NCBI GenBank assembly: GCA_035936995.1
Contig: DASYVR010000025.1
Span: 7,920 to 71,919 of the forward strand
Length of the DNA stretch: 64,000 nt
Reading direction: 5' to 3'
Origin: Candidatus Dormiibacterota bacterium
GTDB lineage: Bacteria > Chloroflexota > Dormibacteria > CF-121
A model generated the notes under the pieces. The model searched no databases and had not been told where the DNA came from. It saw only the letters and a program-made list of their open reading frames with translations. Every line of letters starts with the position of its first letter. Within the stretch, counting starts at the first letter, position 1. A program made the position numbers and the translations under genes. This document shows, one piece after another, positions 50,990 to 60,237 of the stretch.

Positions 50990-51790
50990 TCACCGGGTAC
51001 TCCGATCGAACGCCGCCCGGGCCCACAGGTAACCGGCCAGCGCGATCGCCCCGCACCAGGCCAAAGCCAGGTAGGCGGTGTTGCCGACCGGCGCGCCGGT
51101 CAGCAGCGCGCGCAGGCAGTCCACGACCGGGGTGAACGGCTGGTGCTCTGCGAACCAGCGCACCCCTGCGGGCATCGTGTTGGCCGGCACGAACGTGCTG
51201 GCCAGGAAAGGAAGCAGGAATTGGATCGGGAGAGTCAAGCCATTGGCGCTGGCAGCGCTCTTGGCGACCATGCCGACGGCGGCCGACAGCCACGCCAGCG
51301 CGAAGGAGAAAGCGGCGACGATGCCTACGACACCCAACCAATCCCAGGCCGAGGCCTTGGGTCGAAAGCCGACCAGCAGCCCCACCCCGGTGACGACCGT
51401 GGCGGTTACGAGCGTGCGCAGGACGCTGACGCCAACATGCCCGGCCAGCAGCGCGCCGCGGCTGACCGCCATGGTACGGAACCGGTCGACGATGCCCCCG
51501 GTCATATCGGTGCACACGTTGATCGCCGTGGCCGCGGAGCCCGCCGCCACCGTCATCATCAAGATGCCGGGCACCAAGAAGTCGATGTACGGTGCGCCTC
51601 GCGCCGAGTCACCGAGCCCATTGCCGATCGCACCGCCGAGGATGTAGTCGAACAACAGCAGCATCACGACCGGCACCAGGATCGAGCCGACGAACAGCAA
51701 CTTGAACAACCGGAGGGTGTGCTTGAGCTCGCGCCCGAGCATGGTCGCGGAGTCCTGGGCAGCGATGGTTAGCGTGTTCATTGCGGTCAT
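50990..51790 (-). CDS. ABC-2-type exporter permease (DrrB-like)
   Basis: 6-TM ABC-2 pattern. ATGA overlap with the ATPase gene. Confidence 0.8.
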   Translation of the reverse strand: MTAMNTLTIAAQDSATMLGRELKHTLRLFKLLFVGSILVPVVMLLLFDYILGGAIGNGLGDSARGAPYIDFLVPGILMMTVAAGSAATAINVCTDMTGGIVDRFRTMAVSRGALLAGHVGVSVLRTLVTATVVTGVGLLVGFRPKASAWDWLGVVGIVAAFSFALAWLSAAVGMVAKSAASANGLTLPIQFLLPFLASTFVPANTMPAGVRWFAEHQPFTPVVDCLRALLTGAPVGNTAYLALAWCGAIALAGYLWARAAFDRSTR

Positions 51791-52755
51791 TGGGTCTGCT
51801 CCTTCGAAGGGTTGCCGGTTAGGGCAAAGAACACGTCGTCGAGGTCCGGCGTATGGATGGATAGGTCTTCAACGGCGACATCGTCGCCGAGGCGGGCCAG
51901 CACGTCGCGCAACGATCGAATGCCGCCCTCGTTCGGTACCTGCAGCACCAGATCCTTGTCGTCGCGCGAGCCCTCGCGCAGTGCTCGGGCGGCAGCGTCG
52001 AGCGAGGCGGCGTCGACGAAGCGCAGCCGGATGTGGGCGCCGGGGATGCGCCGTTTTAGCTGGTCCGGCGTGCCCCCGGCGACGATGCGGCCACGGTCCA
52101 GCACGGCGATGCGGTCGGCGAGCTGGTCAGCCTCCTCCAGGTACTGGGTGGTCAGCAGGATGGTGACGCCCTCTGCGCCAAGGTCACGGATGAGCTGCCA
52201 CATGGTGTGCCGGCCGCGCGGGTCCAGGCCGGTGGTGGGTTCATCGAGAAAGATCAGCCGTGGCCGTCCCATCAGGGTCATCGCGATGTCGAGGCGGCGC
52301 TTCATGCCGCCGGAGTAGGTAGCCGAGGTCTGCTTCGCCGCATCGACGAGGTCGAAGCGCTCCAGGAGCTGGGCGGTCCGTGCCCGGCGCTCGGTCGCTG
52401 GCAGATGGCGCAGGCGGCCCATCAGGAACAGGTTCTCTTCACCGGTCAGCAGATTGTCGACCGCGGAGAACTGCCCGGTGACCCCGATCACCGAGCGCAC
52501 CGCGCCGGCCTCGCTGCGCAGGTCGTGCCCCATGACGTTGGCCGTGCCAGCGTCCGCCGGGATGAGGGTGGATAGGATCCGCACGATGGTGGTCTTGCCC
52601 GCTCCGTTCGGCCCGAGCAATCCAAAAACCTCGCCCTCGCCGATGCTGAGGTCGACGCCGTCGAGTACGACCTTCTCGCCGTACGCCTTGCGCAGGCCGC
52701 TTACGGAAACCGCATTACGTGTCGCATTCTTGATCACGGTGTTCATGCGACACAT
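51787..52755 (-). CDS. ABC exporter ATP-binding protein (DrrA-like); alternative start 52746
   Basis: Walker A GPNGAGKTT, signature YSGGMKRRL and Walker B IFLDEPTTGLD. Confidence 0.85.
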   Translation of the reverse strand: MCRMNTVIKNATRNAVSVSGLRKAYGEKVVLDGVDLSIGEGEVFGLLGPNGAGKTTIVRILSTLIPADAGTANVMGHDLRSEAGAVRSVIGVTGQFSAVDNLLTGEENLFLMGRLRHLPATERRARTAQLLERFDLVDAAKQTSATYSGGMKRRLDIAMTLMGRPRLIFLDEPTTGLDPRGRHTMWQLIRDLGAEGVTILLTTQYLEEADQLADRIAVLDRGRIVAGGTPDQLKRRIPGAHIRLRFVDAASLDAAARALREGSRDDKDLVLQVPNEGGIRSLRDVLARLGDDVAVEDLSIHTPDLDDVFFALTGNPSKEQTQ

Positions 52756-52800
52756 GCTGCAACCTTGCCCCTAGGTCAATGTCAAGCCCTTATCGCTACT
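52756..52800 (-). promoter_or_regulatory. candidate MerR-type promoter of drrAB-merR
   Basis: The minus strand reads CTTGACA-TTGACCTAGGGGCAAGGTT-GCAGCAT-GTGTCGCATG. That is a TTGACA -35 and a 19-nt spacer containing a partial dyad (CTTG...CAAG). The -10 is poor. Confidence 0.25.
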
Positions 52801-53002
52801 TTCCTCGCGCGAGTTGTGTCCTGTACCCAGGTACAGACTCGTGGAGGCAACACACGGCTAAGGCCGCTCGAGTTAGAGGCGCTCGAAGCCACGAACGCTC
52901 GTTTGTAGCAGTTTCGTAGTTTTGAGCGGCTTTATCACTGCGGACCGTATCCACACCGACGTTCTACAGCCCGCGGGTCAGCCTGGAAAACACCGAGTGT
53001 GA

Positions 53003-53596
53003 TCAGCGGCCGGAAGGCACGCAAACGACGAACTCCCGCGGTGACATTGGGGAACCGAGCGCTGGACCGCATTGCTCCAACTTGAGCGTGGGAACCGTGA
53101 TCGCCAGGAGCAGGACCGCCGCGGCGGCAACGTACCACCAGGTTCGACCGGTGTCTCTGCGAGCCGGGACCCTGGTGCCCTTCAATGGCAGACTCAGCGC
53201 CAGGACAGGTGCCGTCACATCCCACAGCAAAGCCAACACCGCCAGACCGAACTCGTGGCCGGTAAGGATCGCAATGGCCCAATACGCGCTGATAAGACCG
53301 GCACCAAAAAGACCGGCAGCTCCCCCTAGGAGCACGGCGCGCTGATGGCCTCTGAAGCGCAGCCCGAGGATGCACCAGCCGCCGCTCACGAGTGCGGGCG
53401 CCAGTTCGTAGGAAAATTGGAGGGCGCTGTTTCCGCCAAGGAAATAGCTATCCCCATGGGGGCCCCAATAGGCGACAACACTTGTGACGAGTGCTAGGCA
53501 AAGGCTGGCCGCGAGGCCAGCGAGCAAGGCAGCGAGCACCAGCAGGGGAGCCATGAAGATACGAGTTCTCCTGCGCGCATTCTCGGTTCGAGCCAT
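53003..53596 (-). CDS. hypothetical polytopic membrane protein
   Basis: Five or six hydrophobic segments. Immediately follows the upstream membrane-protein gene (stop at 53597). Confidence 0.45.
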   Translation of the reverse strand: MARTENARRRTRIFMAPLLVLAALLAGLAASLCLALVTSVVAYWGPHGDSYFLGGNSALQFSYELAPALVSGGWCILGLRFRGHQRAVLLGGAAGLFGAGLISAYWAIAILTGHEFGLAVLALLWDVTAPVLALSLPLKGTRVPARRDTGRTWWYVAAAAVLLLAITVPTLKLEQCGPALGSPMSPREFVVCVPSGR

Positions 53597-54076
53597 TTAG
53601 CCGTGTCGTTCTTCCTTACTTGACCTGACGCGAAATGCAACGATCAACAGCACGAGGTCAGCGAGGACTGCTGCGAGGAAGAGGAACTGGTAGATGAACA
53701 GAGCCACCGCTGTCCGCGAGTTGGACTCGATGCCGAGGAACCCCAACCCGATGCCCGACCAAAAGCCACCGATGGCGATTGGCAGCAGCCCAAAACCGGA
53801 CACCACGCGGAGTCGGATAACGGACGCCTGAGAACGGTGCCCTCCTGCGGTGCGAGGTCCCCGAGCGGCCAAGATGATGAGGGTGGCCGTCAACAAGAAC
53901 GGCACCGCGCCGACCAGGGTGATCGGCAGGTATTGCTGAAAACTGGTACCCGGGTGGTCCAGCGTGAAGAGGGCGTAGCCGAGCGCCTCGTTGATGGCGG
54001 CGGCCGTCATCAGCAGGCTCGTCACGAGCGCCAGGGTTCTCAGACCACCAATTTGCCGCAAGTTCATCAGCTCCAT
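53597..54076 (-). CDS. hypothetical 4-TM membrane protein
   Basis: Hydrophobic helices. Lies downstream of the NarL-type regulator on the same strand. Confidence 0.45.
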   Translation of the reverse strand: MELMNLRQIGGLRTLALVTSLLMTAAAINEALGYALFTLDHPGTSFQQYLPITLVGAVPFLLTATLIILAARGPRTAGGHRSQASVIRLRVVSGFGLLPIAIGGFWSGIGLGFLGIESNSRTAVALFIYQFLFLAAVLADLVLLIVAFRVRSSKEERHG

Positions 54077-54180
54077 GGGCCGACTCTAGCGAGCTCCACA
54101 CGTCACCTCATCACGGAAACCAATGAAATGTTGGCGTGGTCCCATTTCAGGCAGGCTTGTTCTGCGGCAGCAACGCCTCG

Positions 54181-54852
54181 TTACGGCGGCGCTGCCTCAC
54201 TATTGGCGCCCCGACGAAGGTACGTGATCACCGCCAGGACGCGGCGATTGTCGCCGGGACTCTCTTCCAGATCGAGCTTCGACAAGATGTTCCTGACGTG
54301 GCTCTCCACCGTATTGGCGCTGAGGAACAGCTTCTCGCCGATCGATCGATTCGTACGCCCCTCGGCCATCAGTCCGAGGACTTCCAGCTCTCGGCGGGTC
54401 AGCTCATCCAGAGGATTCGGAGGACGGCGGCGCCCGACCAATTGGGTAACGATTGCCGGGTCGATCACAAACTCGCCCTCGGCCACCCGACGCACGGCGT
54501 CGGCAAAGGTCTGGACATCGGAAACGCGCTCCTTCAGCAGGTAGCCGATTCCGCCCGAGGCCGACTGGATCAGTCGGATCGCGTAGTGACTCTCGAGATA
54601 TTCAGACAGAATAAGAACGGCGACGCCCGGAGAACCGCCACGAATCTGCTCGGCAGCCTTGAGACCCTCATCGGTGCGGGTCGGGGGCATGCGGATGTCC
54701 ACGACCGCGACGTCGGGTTGCTCGCTACGTACGAGGCGAAGCAGCTCCTCCGCATTGGCTGCCTGTCCGACGACGTCGAAGCCAACCTCCCGCAGCAAAC
54801 GGACCAGTCCCTCCCGCAGGAGCGTTGAATCGTCGGCAACTACGACGCGCAT
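54181..54852 (-). CDS. NarL/LuxR-family response regulator (REC plus HTH_LuxR)
   Basis: VVVADD, DVAVVDIRMP and LTRRELEVLGLMAEGRTNRSIGEKLFLSANTVESHVRNI. Confidence 0.9.
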   Translation of the reverse strand: MRVVVADDSTLLREGLVRLLREVGFDVVGQAANAEELLRLVRSEQPDVAVVDIRMPPTRTDEGLKAAEQIRGGSPGVAVLILSEYLESHYAIRLIQSASGGIGYLLKERVSDVQTFADAVRRVAEGEFVIDPAIVTQLVGRRRPPNPLDELTRRELEVLGLMAEGRTNRSIGEKLFLSANTVESHVRNILSKLDLEESPGDNRRVLAVITYLRRGANSEAAPP

Positions 54853-56594
54853 GGGATTTCCGCGCGAATGGTGGTTCCCTTGCCGGCTACGCTCTCGATT
54901 CGAATGGATCCGTCGAGCGCGGCCACACGATCGGCCAAGCCACGAAGACCGCTGCCCCGCGTTGCGTCGGCGCCGCCAATCCCGTCATCTGAGACTTCCA
55001 CCAGGAGACGCCCATCGACGGCACTGGCAATGATCGTGGCGCAACTGGCACGCGAGTACTTGGCCACGTTGGCAAGCGCCTCAGACACCACGAAGTAGGC
55101 AGCCGCCTCGACCGGGGCGGGCAACCGACGGGTCGGCACCGTCTTTAGAGTGACAGGGAGGCTCGCGCGCTCGACCAGTGACTCGAGCGCCGGGCCTAAA
55201 CCTTCTTCGGTAAGGATGGCAGGGTGGATGCCGTGCCCTAGCTCGCGCAGTTCGGACAGTGCCGAAGACAACTCTTGGCTAGCCTGCTTCAGTGCCTCCA
55301 CGACCTCCGGGTCCGCCCCAGGTGCCAGCCGGGAGTTTGCGAGCTGAAGCGCCAGCGAAATCCCGACCAGCCGCTGCTGGGCACCATCGTGGAGGTCGCG
55401 CTCGATCCGGCGGCGCTCCGCGTCGGCGGCCTCGACAATGCGCGAACGGGAGGCCCGGATCTCCTCCAACTGTGCTCGGAGTGCGGCCTGAAGCCGCTCA
55501 TTCTGGAGGGCGAGGCCGGTGGCGGCTGCCACCGCCTCCACGAGCCGCGGTTCTTCAATTAGCGCCGCGTCGTGGATGAGAACCCCCACCGGCTCTCCCT
55601 CGTGCTGGAGCATGGCGACCGCCTGACTCGAGCCCTCCTCAGGCAGTTTCACCGGGGTGCCCGCGGCATCCACGTACGCCCCCATCTCCGCAATCCAGTA
55701 GCCGAGCTTCAGCGAAGGATCACGTAGCGTATGGGCGAGCATCTCTCGTAGCTGGCCAGGCTGGGGTGTCTCGCCGAGATCGATCACGAGGTCTCCGACG
55801 GCCGAACGCGCTAGCTGGCTGCGCAGCAGGCCGACGAGGAAGCCAAGCGGGACCAGCATCACGGCGCCGGTTTGCGCGACGGCTGTGGCTACATGGCCCC
55901 ACGAGGGGACCGATGGCTGGCGGCTCACGATGGTGTCGACGACAAACGCCAGTCCAGCCAGCGCCAGGGACCAGCCAACCGGAGCGATGATCCGGCGGGC
56001 CGGCGCACTGGCTCGGCCCCACCGCTGCACGAACACCGCAATGATGACCAGCGTGAGCGCGACCGTAATCGAGGTCAGGGCAGAGTCGGCCAGGCTGAAG
56101 AGCCGCTGGTTGGGAAAAAGGAGCAGGAGGTTCAAGCCGGCAGGGAGCCCTCGGGAGCGCGGATCCAAAAAGATCAAGGTTGAGAGACTTCCAAGGACCG
56201 CATCGGCGTAGGCCGCGGTGCTCAGGAACCGCTCTAGGCGGGAGGAGATACGGCCGCTGGGAAAGGCGAAGAGCAACTGCACCAGGATGGCCAGGTAAAC
56301 ACTGCTCTCCAGCCACCGAACGGTGTACGTCAGGGGTGACTGCACATAGTTGGGCGCCGCGCCCACGAGAAAGGCGAATCCAGCGGCCACCAGAAGCCGG
56401 CCGACATGGTTTTTCGGCCGTCGCCACCAGGCGATCAGCCCGGCTCCAAGGAATGAGGAGCCGACGCCCAGGTCGAGGGTAAGCCGCCACCAGGGCACAG
56501 GCCCGTAACCATGGATGAACACGGCGACCGACAAGGTGATGAGGAGACCGACGAGGCCTGCCGCCGTGAGGCCGGTTAAAAGGCGGCGGCTCAC
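54840..56594 (-). CDS. sensor histidine kinase (polytopic membrane domain, GAF-like domain, HisKA_3, HATPase_c)
   Basis: H-box ERRRIERDLHDGAQQRLV and N box EALANVAKY. GTG start in a GTGA overlap with the upstream REC gene. Confidence 0.85.
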   Translation of the reverse strand: MSRRLLTGLTAAGLVGLLITLSVAVFIHGYGPVPWWRLTLDLGVGSSFLGAGLIAWWRRPKNHVGRLLVAAGFAFLVGAAPNYVQSPLTYTVRWLESSVYLAILVQLLFAFPSGRISSRLERFLSTAAYADAVLGSLSTLIFLDPRSRGLPAGLNLLLLFPNQRLFSLADSALTSITVALTLVIIAVFVQRWGRASAPARRIIAPVGWSLALAGLAFVVDTIVSRQPSVPSWGHVATAVAQTGAVMLVPLGFLVGLLRSQLARSAVGDLVIDLGETPQPGQLREMLAHTLRDPSLKLGYWIAEMGAYVDAAGTPVKLPEEGSSQAVAMLQHEGEPVGVLIHDAALIEEPRLVEAVAAATGLALQNERLQAALRAQLEEIRASRSRIVEAADAERRRIERDLHDGAQQRLVGISLALQLANSRLAPGADPEVVEALKQASQELSSALSELRELGHGIHPAILTEEGLGPALESLVERASLPVTLKTVPTRRLPAPVEAAAYFVVSEALANVAKYSRASCATIIASAVDGRLLVEVSDDGIGGADATRGSGLRGLADRVAALDGSIRIESVAGKGTTIRAEIPCAS

Positions 56595-56953
56595 CTGCCG
56601 GCACCCAGAATTGCCCCAAGTGAGGCCGCGGAGAGCTCCGATTTGGCGATGAACCCGCGGGCCCTACTCCCGGCAAGGCGACGGCGGTAGTCGGAGGCGT
56701 CGCGGCTCGAGATGAGGACGACGGCCGCTCCGTTCCCTTCGGCGGTGAGCTGCCTGGTCACCTCGAATCCGCTGATGTCGGGGAGCTGAATGTCCAGGAG
56801 GACCAAGTCTGGACGCAGCCGTCGGGCCTCGCTGAGGGCAGAAACTCCGTCACCAGCCTCTCCCACCACGGTGTATCCCTCCGCTTGCAGCAGCGACCTT
56901 GCGAAGGAGCGGAAGCTGGCGTGGTCGTCGACGATCAGAACCGTCGTCGACAT
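56591..56953 (-). CDS. stand-alone canonical receiver (CheY-like) protein
   Basis: LIVDDH, DLVLLDIQLPD, VVLISS and GFIAKSE. All conserved REC positions are present and there is no output domain. Confidence 0.85.
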   Translation of the reverse strand: MSTTVLIVDDHASFRSFARSLLQAEGYTVVGEAGDGVSALSEARRLRPDLVLLDIQLPDISGFEVTRQLTAEGNGAAVVLISSRDASDYRRRLAGSRARGFIAKSELSAASLGAILGAGR

Positions 56954-56983
56954 GGCCGCATTCTGGCATAGCGGGCAGTCGAT

Positions 56984-57005
56984 ACATCACGGGCAGCCGT
57001 GATGT
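56984..57005. promoter_or_regulatory. perfect 9-bp inverted repeat in the divergent region between the REC-HK-NarL operon and the membrane/lipid genes
   Basis: ACATCACGG-GCAG-CCGTGATGT. It lies 31 nt upstream of the REC gene start and 73 nt upstream of ATG 57078. Confidence 0.4.
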
Positions 57006-57077
57006 GCGCCCATGAGCTCGCGTCTAGAGTTCGGGTGTCATGGTTGTTGCGCTACCAGCCGACTAGGGAGGGAGGAC

Positions 57078-57614
57078 ATGGAGGCGAACGCAGGCTTGAG
57101 GTCGGGCCAGGTCGGGCTCAAAGTGTCCGCGGTCTTCTTCGGCGTCTTCGGAGTGGTCACGGCCCTGCTTTCGCTGGCTCCTGGCGCACCAGCGCCGCTT
57201 TGGGTTTTGCTGCGCATGACCTCCGTAATCTTCGCGCTGGCGGCATTGGGTATCGGCGCCCGTAAGGCCTGGGCCACGATCCCGGGGATCGCGGCGGGTG
57301 CCCTTGGAGTTTTGGCAGCGCTCGTGGTGTTGGCTCTGGTGCCGGTGTTCATTTTCCCGGAAGCCCTCGGGATCTTCGCCATCGTCTTGCTTGCGGGTTC
57401 GAGCTTTGCTCTCTACGCAGTTCTCCTCGACCGCCGTCATCAACCCATTCGCAGGTCGCTTGGCGAGGAGGCGGCGACCCTCCTCTCGAGTCGCTTGCTG
57501 GTGCCCGGCACTCTTGTGGTTCTCGGCATCTTCGTGCTTGTTCCGCTGCTAGGCGCCGTCGCCTGGTCTCTCTATGGATGCTCCGGCAGAATATCCGACG
57601 TCCTGTGTCTGTAG
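57078..57614 (+). CDS. hypothetical 5-TM membrane protein
   Basis: SD GGGAGGGAGGA at 57066-57076. Track ORF 57012.. trimmed. Confidence 0.5.
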   Translation: MEANAGLRSGQVGLKVSAVFFGVFGVVTALLSLAPGAPAPLWVLLRMTSVIFALAALGIGARKAWATIPGIAAGALGVLAALVVLALVPVFIFPEALGIFAIVLLAGSSFALYAVLLDRRHQPIRRSLGEEAATLLSSRLLVPGTLVVLGIFVLVPLLGAVAWSLYGCSGRISDVLCL

Positions 57615-58381
57615 GCAAGCGCAGTAGTCCCGAGGCCCGCTTCGCTGCGGCCAGTGCGTTCCTGCTGGGCGGCGCCATCCCCTTGACCTGGATCGTGAAC
57701 CGGCGCTATGGTCCGGCGGCCGCTCGGCGTTTTGGCGCCGGTATGGGCACGGCGTTGCTCGGTCAGCAGGCCCTCGTCAGTCTGGCCTTGAAGCGCCCCA
57801 TTCCGGAGAGCCACAGATCGATGCGCCATCGACTCAGCCTCGTCGACGTGATCACGCTCAGTCGGGGCGGCACGGGCGCGCTCATGACCGGCCTCATCGT
57901 TTCGGGCGTCAGGCATCGGCGTGGCATGGCCGGCTGGCTGGCGTGGATCGCACTCGTTTATGGAGCGATTGCGAGTGACTGGCTCGACGGGCCGATCGCT
58001 CGCCGGTTTGGAACCAGCGAGGTCGGCGCGATGTTCGATATCGAGGCGGACTCCTGGCTCACGCTCTGCAGCAGCGCCGCCGCCGTAACCTGGGGCGGCT
58101 TGCCATCCTATGTCTTAGTCCCACCTGCGTTGCGCTACCTACGCATCGCTGGCCTGCGGCCATTCGTTCCCTACCGGCAGCTGGTGTCCGGGGACCCACT
58201 CTGGACACGCCACATCGGCATGGCGCAGATGACGTTGTTCATCGCCGCGCTCGCCCCGTTTGGCGGACGAGCAACCCGCCTCCTGGTGCGGATCGGTACA
58301 CCGCTCGTCGTCATTAGCCAGCTTGCCAGTCTCGCATTCGTGTCCTGGCGGAAGATCATGGCCGCTTCGAGGCCAATGTGA
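57578..58381 (+). CDS. CDP-alcohol phosphatidyltransferase family protein (start uncertain)
   Basis: Signature DWLDGPIARRFGTSEVGAMFDIEAD (the D-G-x2-A-R ... G-x3-D-x3-D class motif). Polytopic. Confidence 0.7.
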   Translation: MLRQNIRRPVSVGKRSSPEARFAAASAFLLGGAIPLTWIVNRRYGPAAARRFGAGMGTALLGQQALVSLALKRPIPESHRSMRHRLSLVDVITLSRGGTGALMTGLIVSGVRHRRGMAGWLAWIALVYGAIASDWLDGPIARRFGTSEVGAMFDIEADSWLTLCSSAAAVTWGGLPSYVLVPPALRYLRIAGLRPFVPYRQLVSGDPLWTRHIGMAQMTLFIAALAPFGGRATRLLVRIGTPLVVISQLASLAFVSWRKIMAASRPM

Positions 58382-58528
58382 ATCGTCACGAAGAGCTCCC
58401 AGCGCCATTGGCAGCCGAGGTGGCCGGCTGGCTGGCGTTTGTGCTCTTTGTCGGCGCGGTGTGGAAGTTGCGGCAAACACTCGATCGATGGCACCGTGAA
58501 CCGTGATCAGGTGACGGCAGCGGCGCGG

Positions 58529-59101
58529 ATGGTGCGCCGGGCGACCTGGCTCATCCTTCCGGTCGTCCTTGGCGGGTTGGGGCACGTGGCCGTTTTGAAA
58601 ACCAATGTCCTCGGCCCCCTGGCTGTGCCCATCGACGGTGGGGCCCGGTGGCACGGTCGGCCGGTGTTCGGCGCGAACAAGACGTGGCGCGGCATCGCGG
58701 TGATGACCGGATTGACGGCGTTGGCGAGCGCAATGCAGGCGGCCTTTGCGCGACGGAACCGGTGGACGAGCGCGTTGGAGCTGCAACGATCCGCGCGGGT
58801 CAATGCCTGGGCGGCGGGTGCCGTCTGTGGCCTCACGTATTGCCTTGCCGAGCTGCCCAACAGCTTCGCCAAGCGGCGTCTCGGGATCTTGCCTGGCGCA
58901 CGCTCGAGTAGAGCCGGCCGGCTTCAGTACGTGGTGGATCAAGCCGACTCCGTAGCGGGCTGCTTGATTCCGCTGCGCCTGCTCTACCGTTCGGATGGCG
59001 GCGAGCTGCTCACCGCTTTCGCGCTGGGAATGACAATTCACATTGGCATCGACCGGCTGATCTACGCGATTGGCGTCAAGTCCCGCTCGGCTAAAGCCTG
59101 A
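58529..59101 (+). CDS. CarS-like (CDP-archaeol synthase / DUF46 family) membrane cytidylyltransferase (alternative starts 58439 and 58511)
   Basis: PIDGGARWHGRPVFGANKTWRG and ELPNSFAKRRLGILPG ... VVDQADS match the family motifs as I recall them (P.D.G....G..KTWRG; SF.KRR.GI..G; DQ.D). Confidence 0.6.
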   Translation: MVRRATWLILPVVLGGLGHVAVLKTNVLGPLAVPIDGGARWHGRPVFGANKTWRGIAVMTGLTALASAMQAAFARRNRWTSALELQRSARVNAWAAGAVCGLTYCLAELPNSFAKRRLGILPGARSSRAGRLQYVVDQADSVAGCLIPLRLLYRSDGGELLTAFALGMTIHIGIDRLIYAIGVKSRSAKA

Positions 59102-59729
59102 GCCACTGCTCGCCGAGCAGCCCGGCGAGTACCGGAATGAAGAGATTGTCCAGTCCATAGCCGAGCGTCGCTTCAATGCCGGTGAGCACCGCGGCGGTGC
59201 CGGCAACGGCCAGGATCGCCCCGTTGCCCGCGGCCAAGGCAAAGGCGGCTCCAAGGGCAAAGGCGACGGCGAAGAACGTCACACTGCCGAGTACGCTTTT
59301 CCGGCCACCTGCGACCGGCCAACCCGGGCTGGCAAACCGTTGGCCCAGGACACTGGCCGCCGGGTCCGCGAACGCCAGCATCAGCGCGGCGTACGAGAAC
59401 GCGAGGGGGTGGGGCCAGACCGCGACCGCGGCCAGCAGCAAGCCGATGGGAAAGACGACGGCACCCAGCGTTGGTCGGGCCACTGCATGCACGCTCGCCA
59501 AGGAGCCGCGCACACGGGTCCACCCGAGGAACAGCGTAAACACAACGGCCAGCACGACGACCTCAGGGAGGCGGAGATAGAAGGGGAAAAGGGCGGTCGT
59601 CCCGGCACCCGTGATGTGAACCAGCCGCCGGGTGGTTTCTGCCGGCAGGCCATGTCGACCAGCAAACTCGGACACCGCGAAGAGGCCGAGGAGGGCAACC
59701 GTGGTTCCCAGAAGAGGCAAAGCCCTCAT
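59091..59729 (-). CDS. polyprenol/phytol/dolichol-kinase-like protein (CTP-dependent kinase branch of the cytidylyltransferase family)
   Basis: FADPAASVLGQRFASPGWPVAGGRKSVLGSVTFF resembles the D..A...G..(F/Y)G....KS..GS motif. Polytopic. Confidence 0.6.
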   Translation of the reverse strand: MRALPLLGTTVALLGLFAVSEFAGRHGLPAETTRRLVHITGAGTTALFPFYLRLPEVVVLAVVFTLFLGWTRVRGSLASVHAVARPTLGAVVFPIGLLLAAVAVWPHPLAFSYAALMLAFADPAASVLGQRFASPGWPVAGGRKSVLGSVTFFAVAFALGAAFALAAGNGAILAVAGTAAVLTGIEATLGYGLDNLFIPVLAGLLGEQWLRL

Positions 59730-60199
59730 GCTCGTCGCGTTATTGCGGCTCCCACCGAAGCAGCGATCACGGCCAGCCCTGCGCCGATGGCAATCGCGAC
59801 CACGGCCATATCAGAAGGGCGGGACGCATGTTCGTACCGGAGCCCGCTACGCCCCCGCGGACCATACAGACGGTGTACTGGTCGAACTGAAGGAGATTGA
59901 GCGCCAGCGTTCCTAAGTCCGAGGTCGCCGCGGTTACAAGGCCAGCCAGCCCAGCTTTGCCCCTGCTCGCACGCATTCACGGTTTGCCGTCCAGCGGCGC
60001 CAGCAAGCAGCAACAGGAGGGCGAGGCCGCTCAGATTGAGAGCGACATCAACAGCCGAGGGATGGCCGACCCCGATGATGCCAGCCTGGCAGTAGTCGGA
60101 CTTCACGGCCGCCCGGAGGAGTCCGAGAAGCAAGGTAGCAGTGGCAGAGACGGCGCCGGCAAGCAGTCCAATTCGCAGCCAAGCTTGCATGGTCCGCAT
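59726..60199 (-). CDS. hypothetical membrane protein
   Basis: ATGA overlap with the downstream kinase-like gene. TM segments at both ends. The middle has odd composition, so the call is tentative. Confidence 0.35.
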   Translation of the reverse strand: MRTMQAWLRIGLLAGAVSATATLLLGLLRAAVKSDYCQAGIIGVGHPSAVDVALNLSGLALLLLLAGAAGRQTVNACEQGQSWAGWPCNRGDLGLRNAGAQSPSVRPVHRLYGPRGRSGLRYEHASRPSDMAVVAIAIGAGLAVIAASVGAAITRRA

Positions 60200-60237
60200 T
60201 CTGGCACGCGAAAAGACCGAGGAAATCAGGGCTACCC

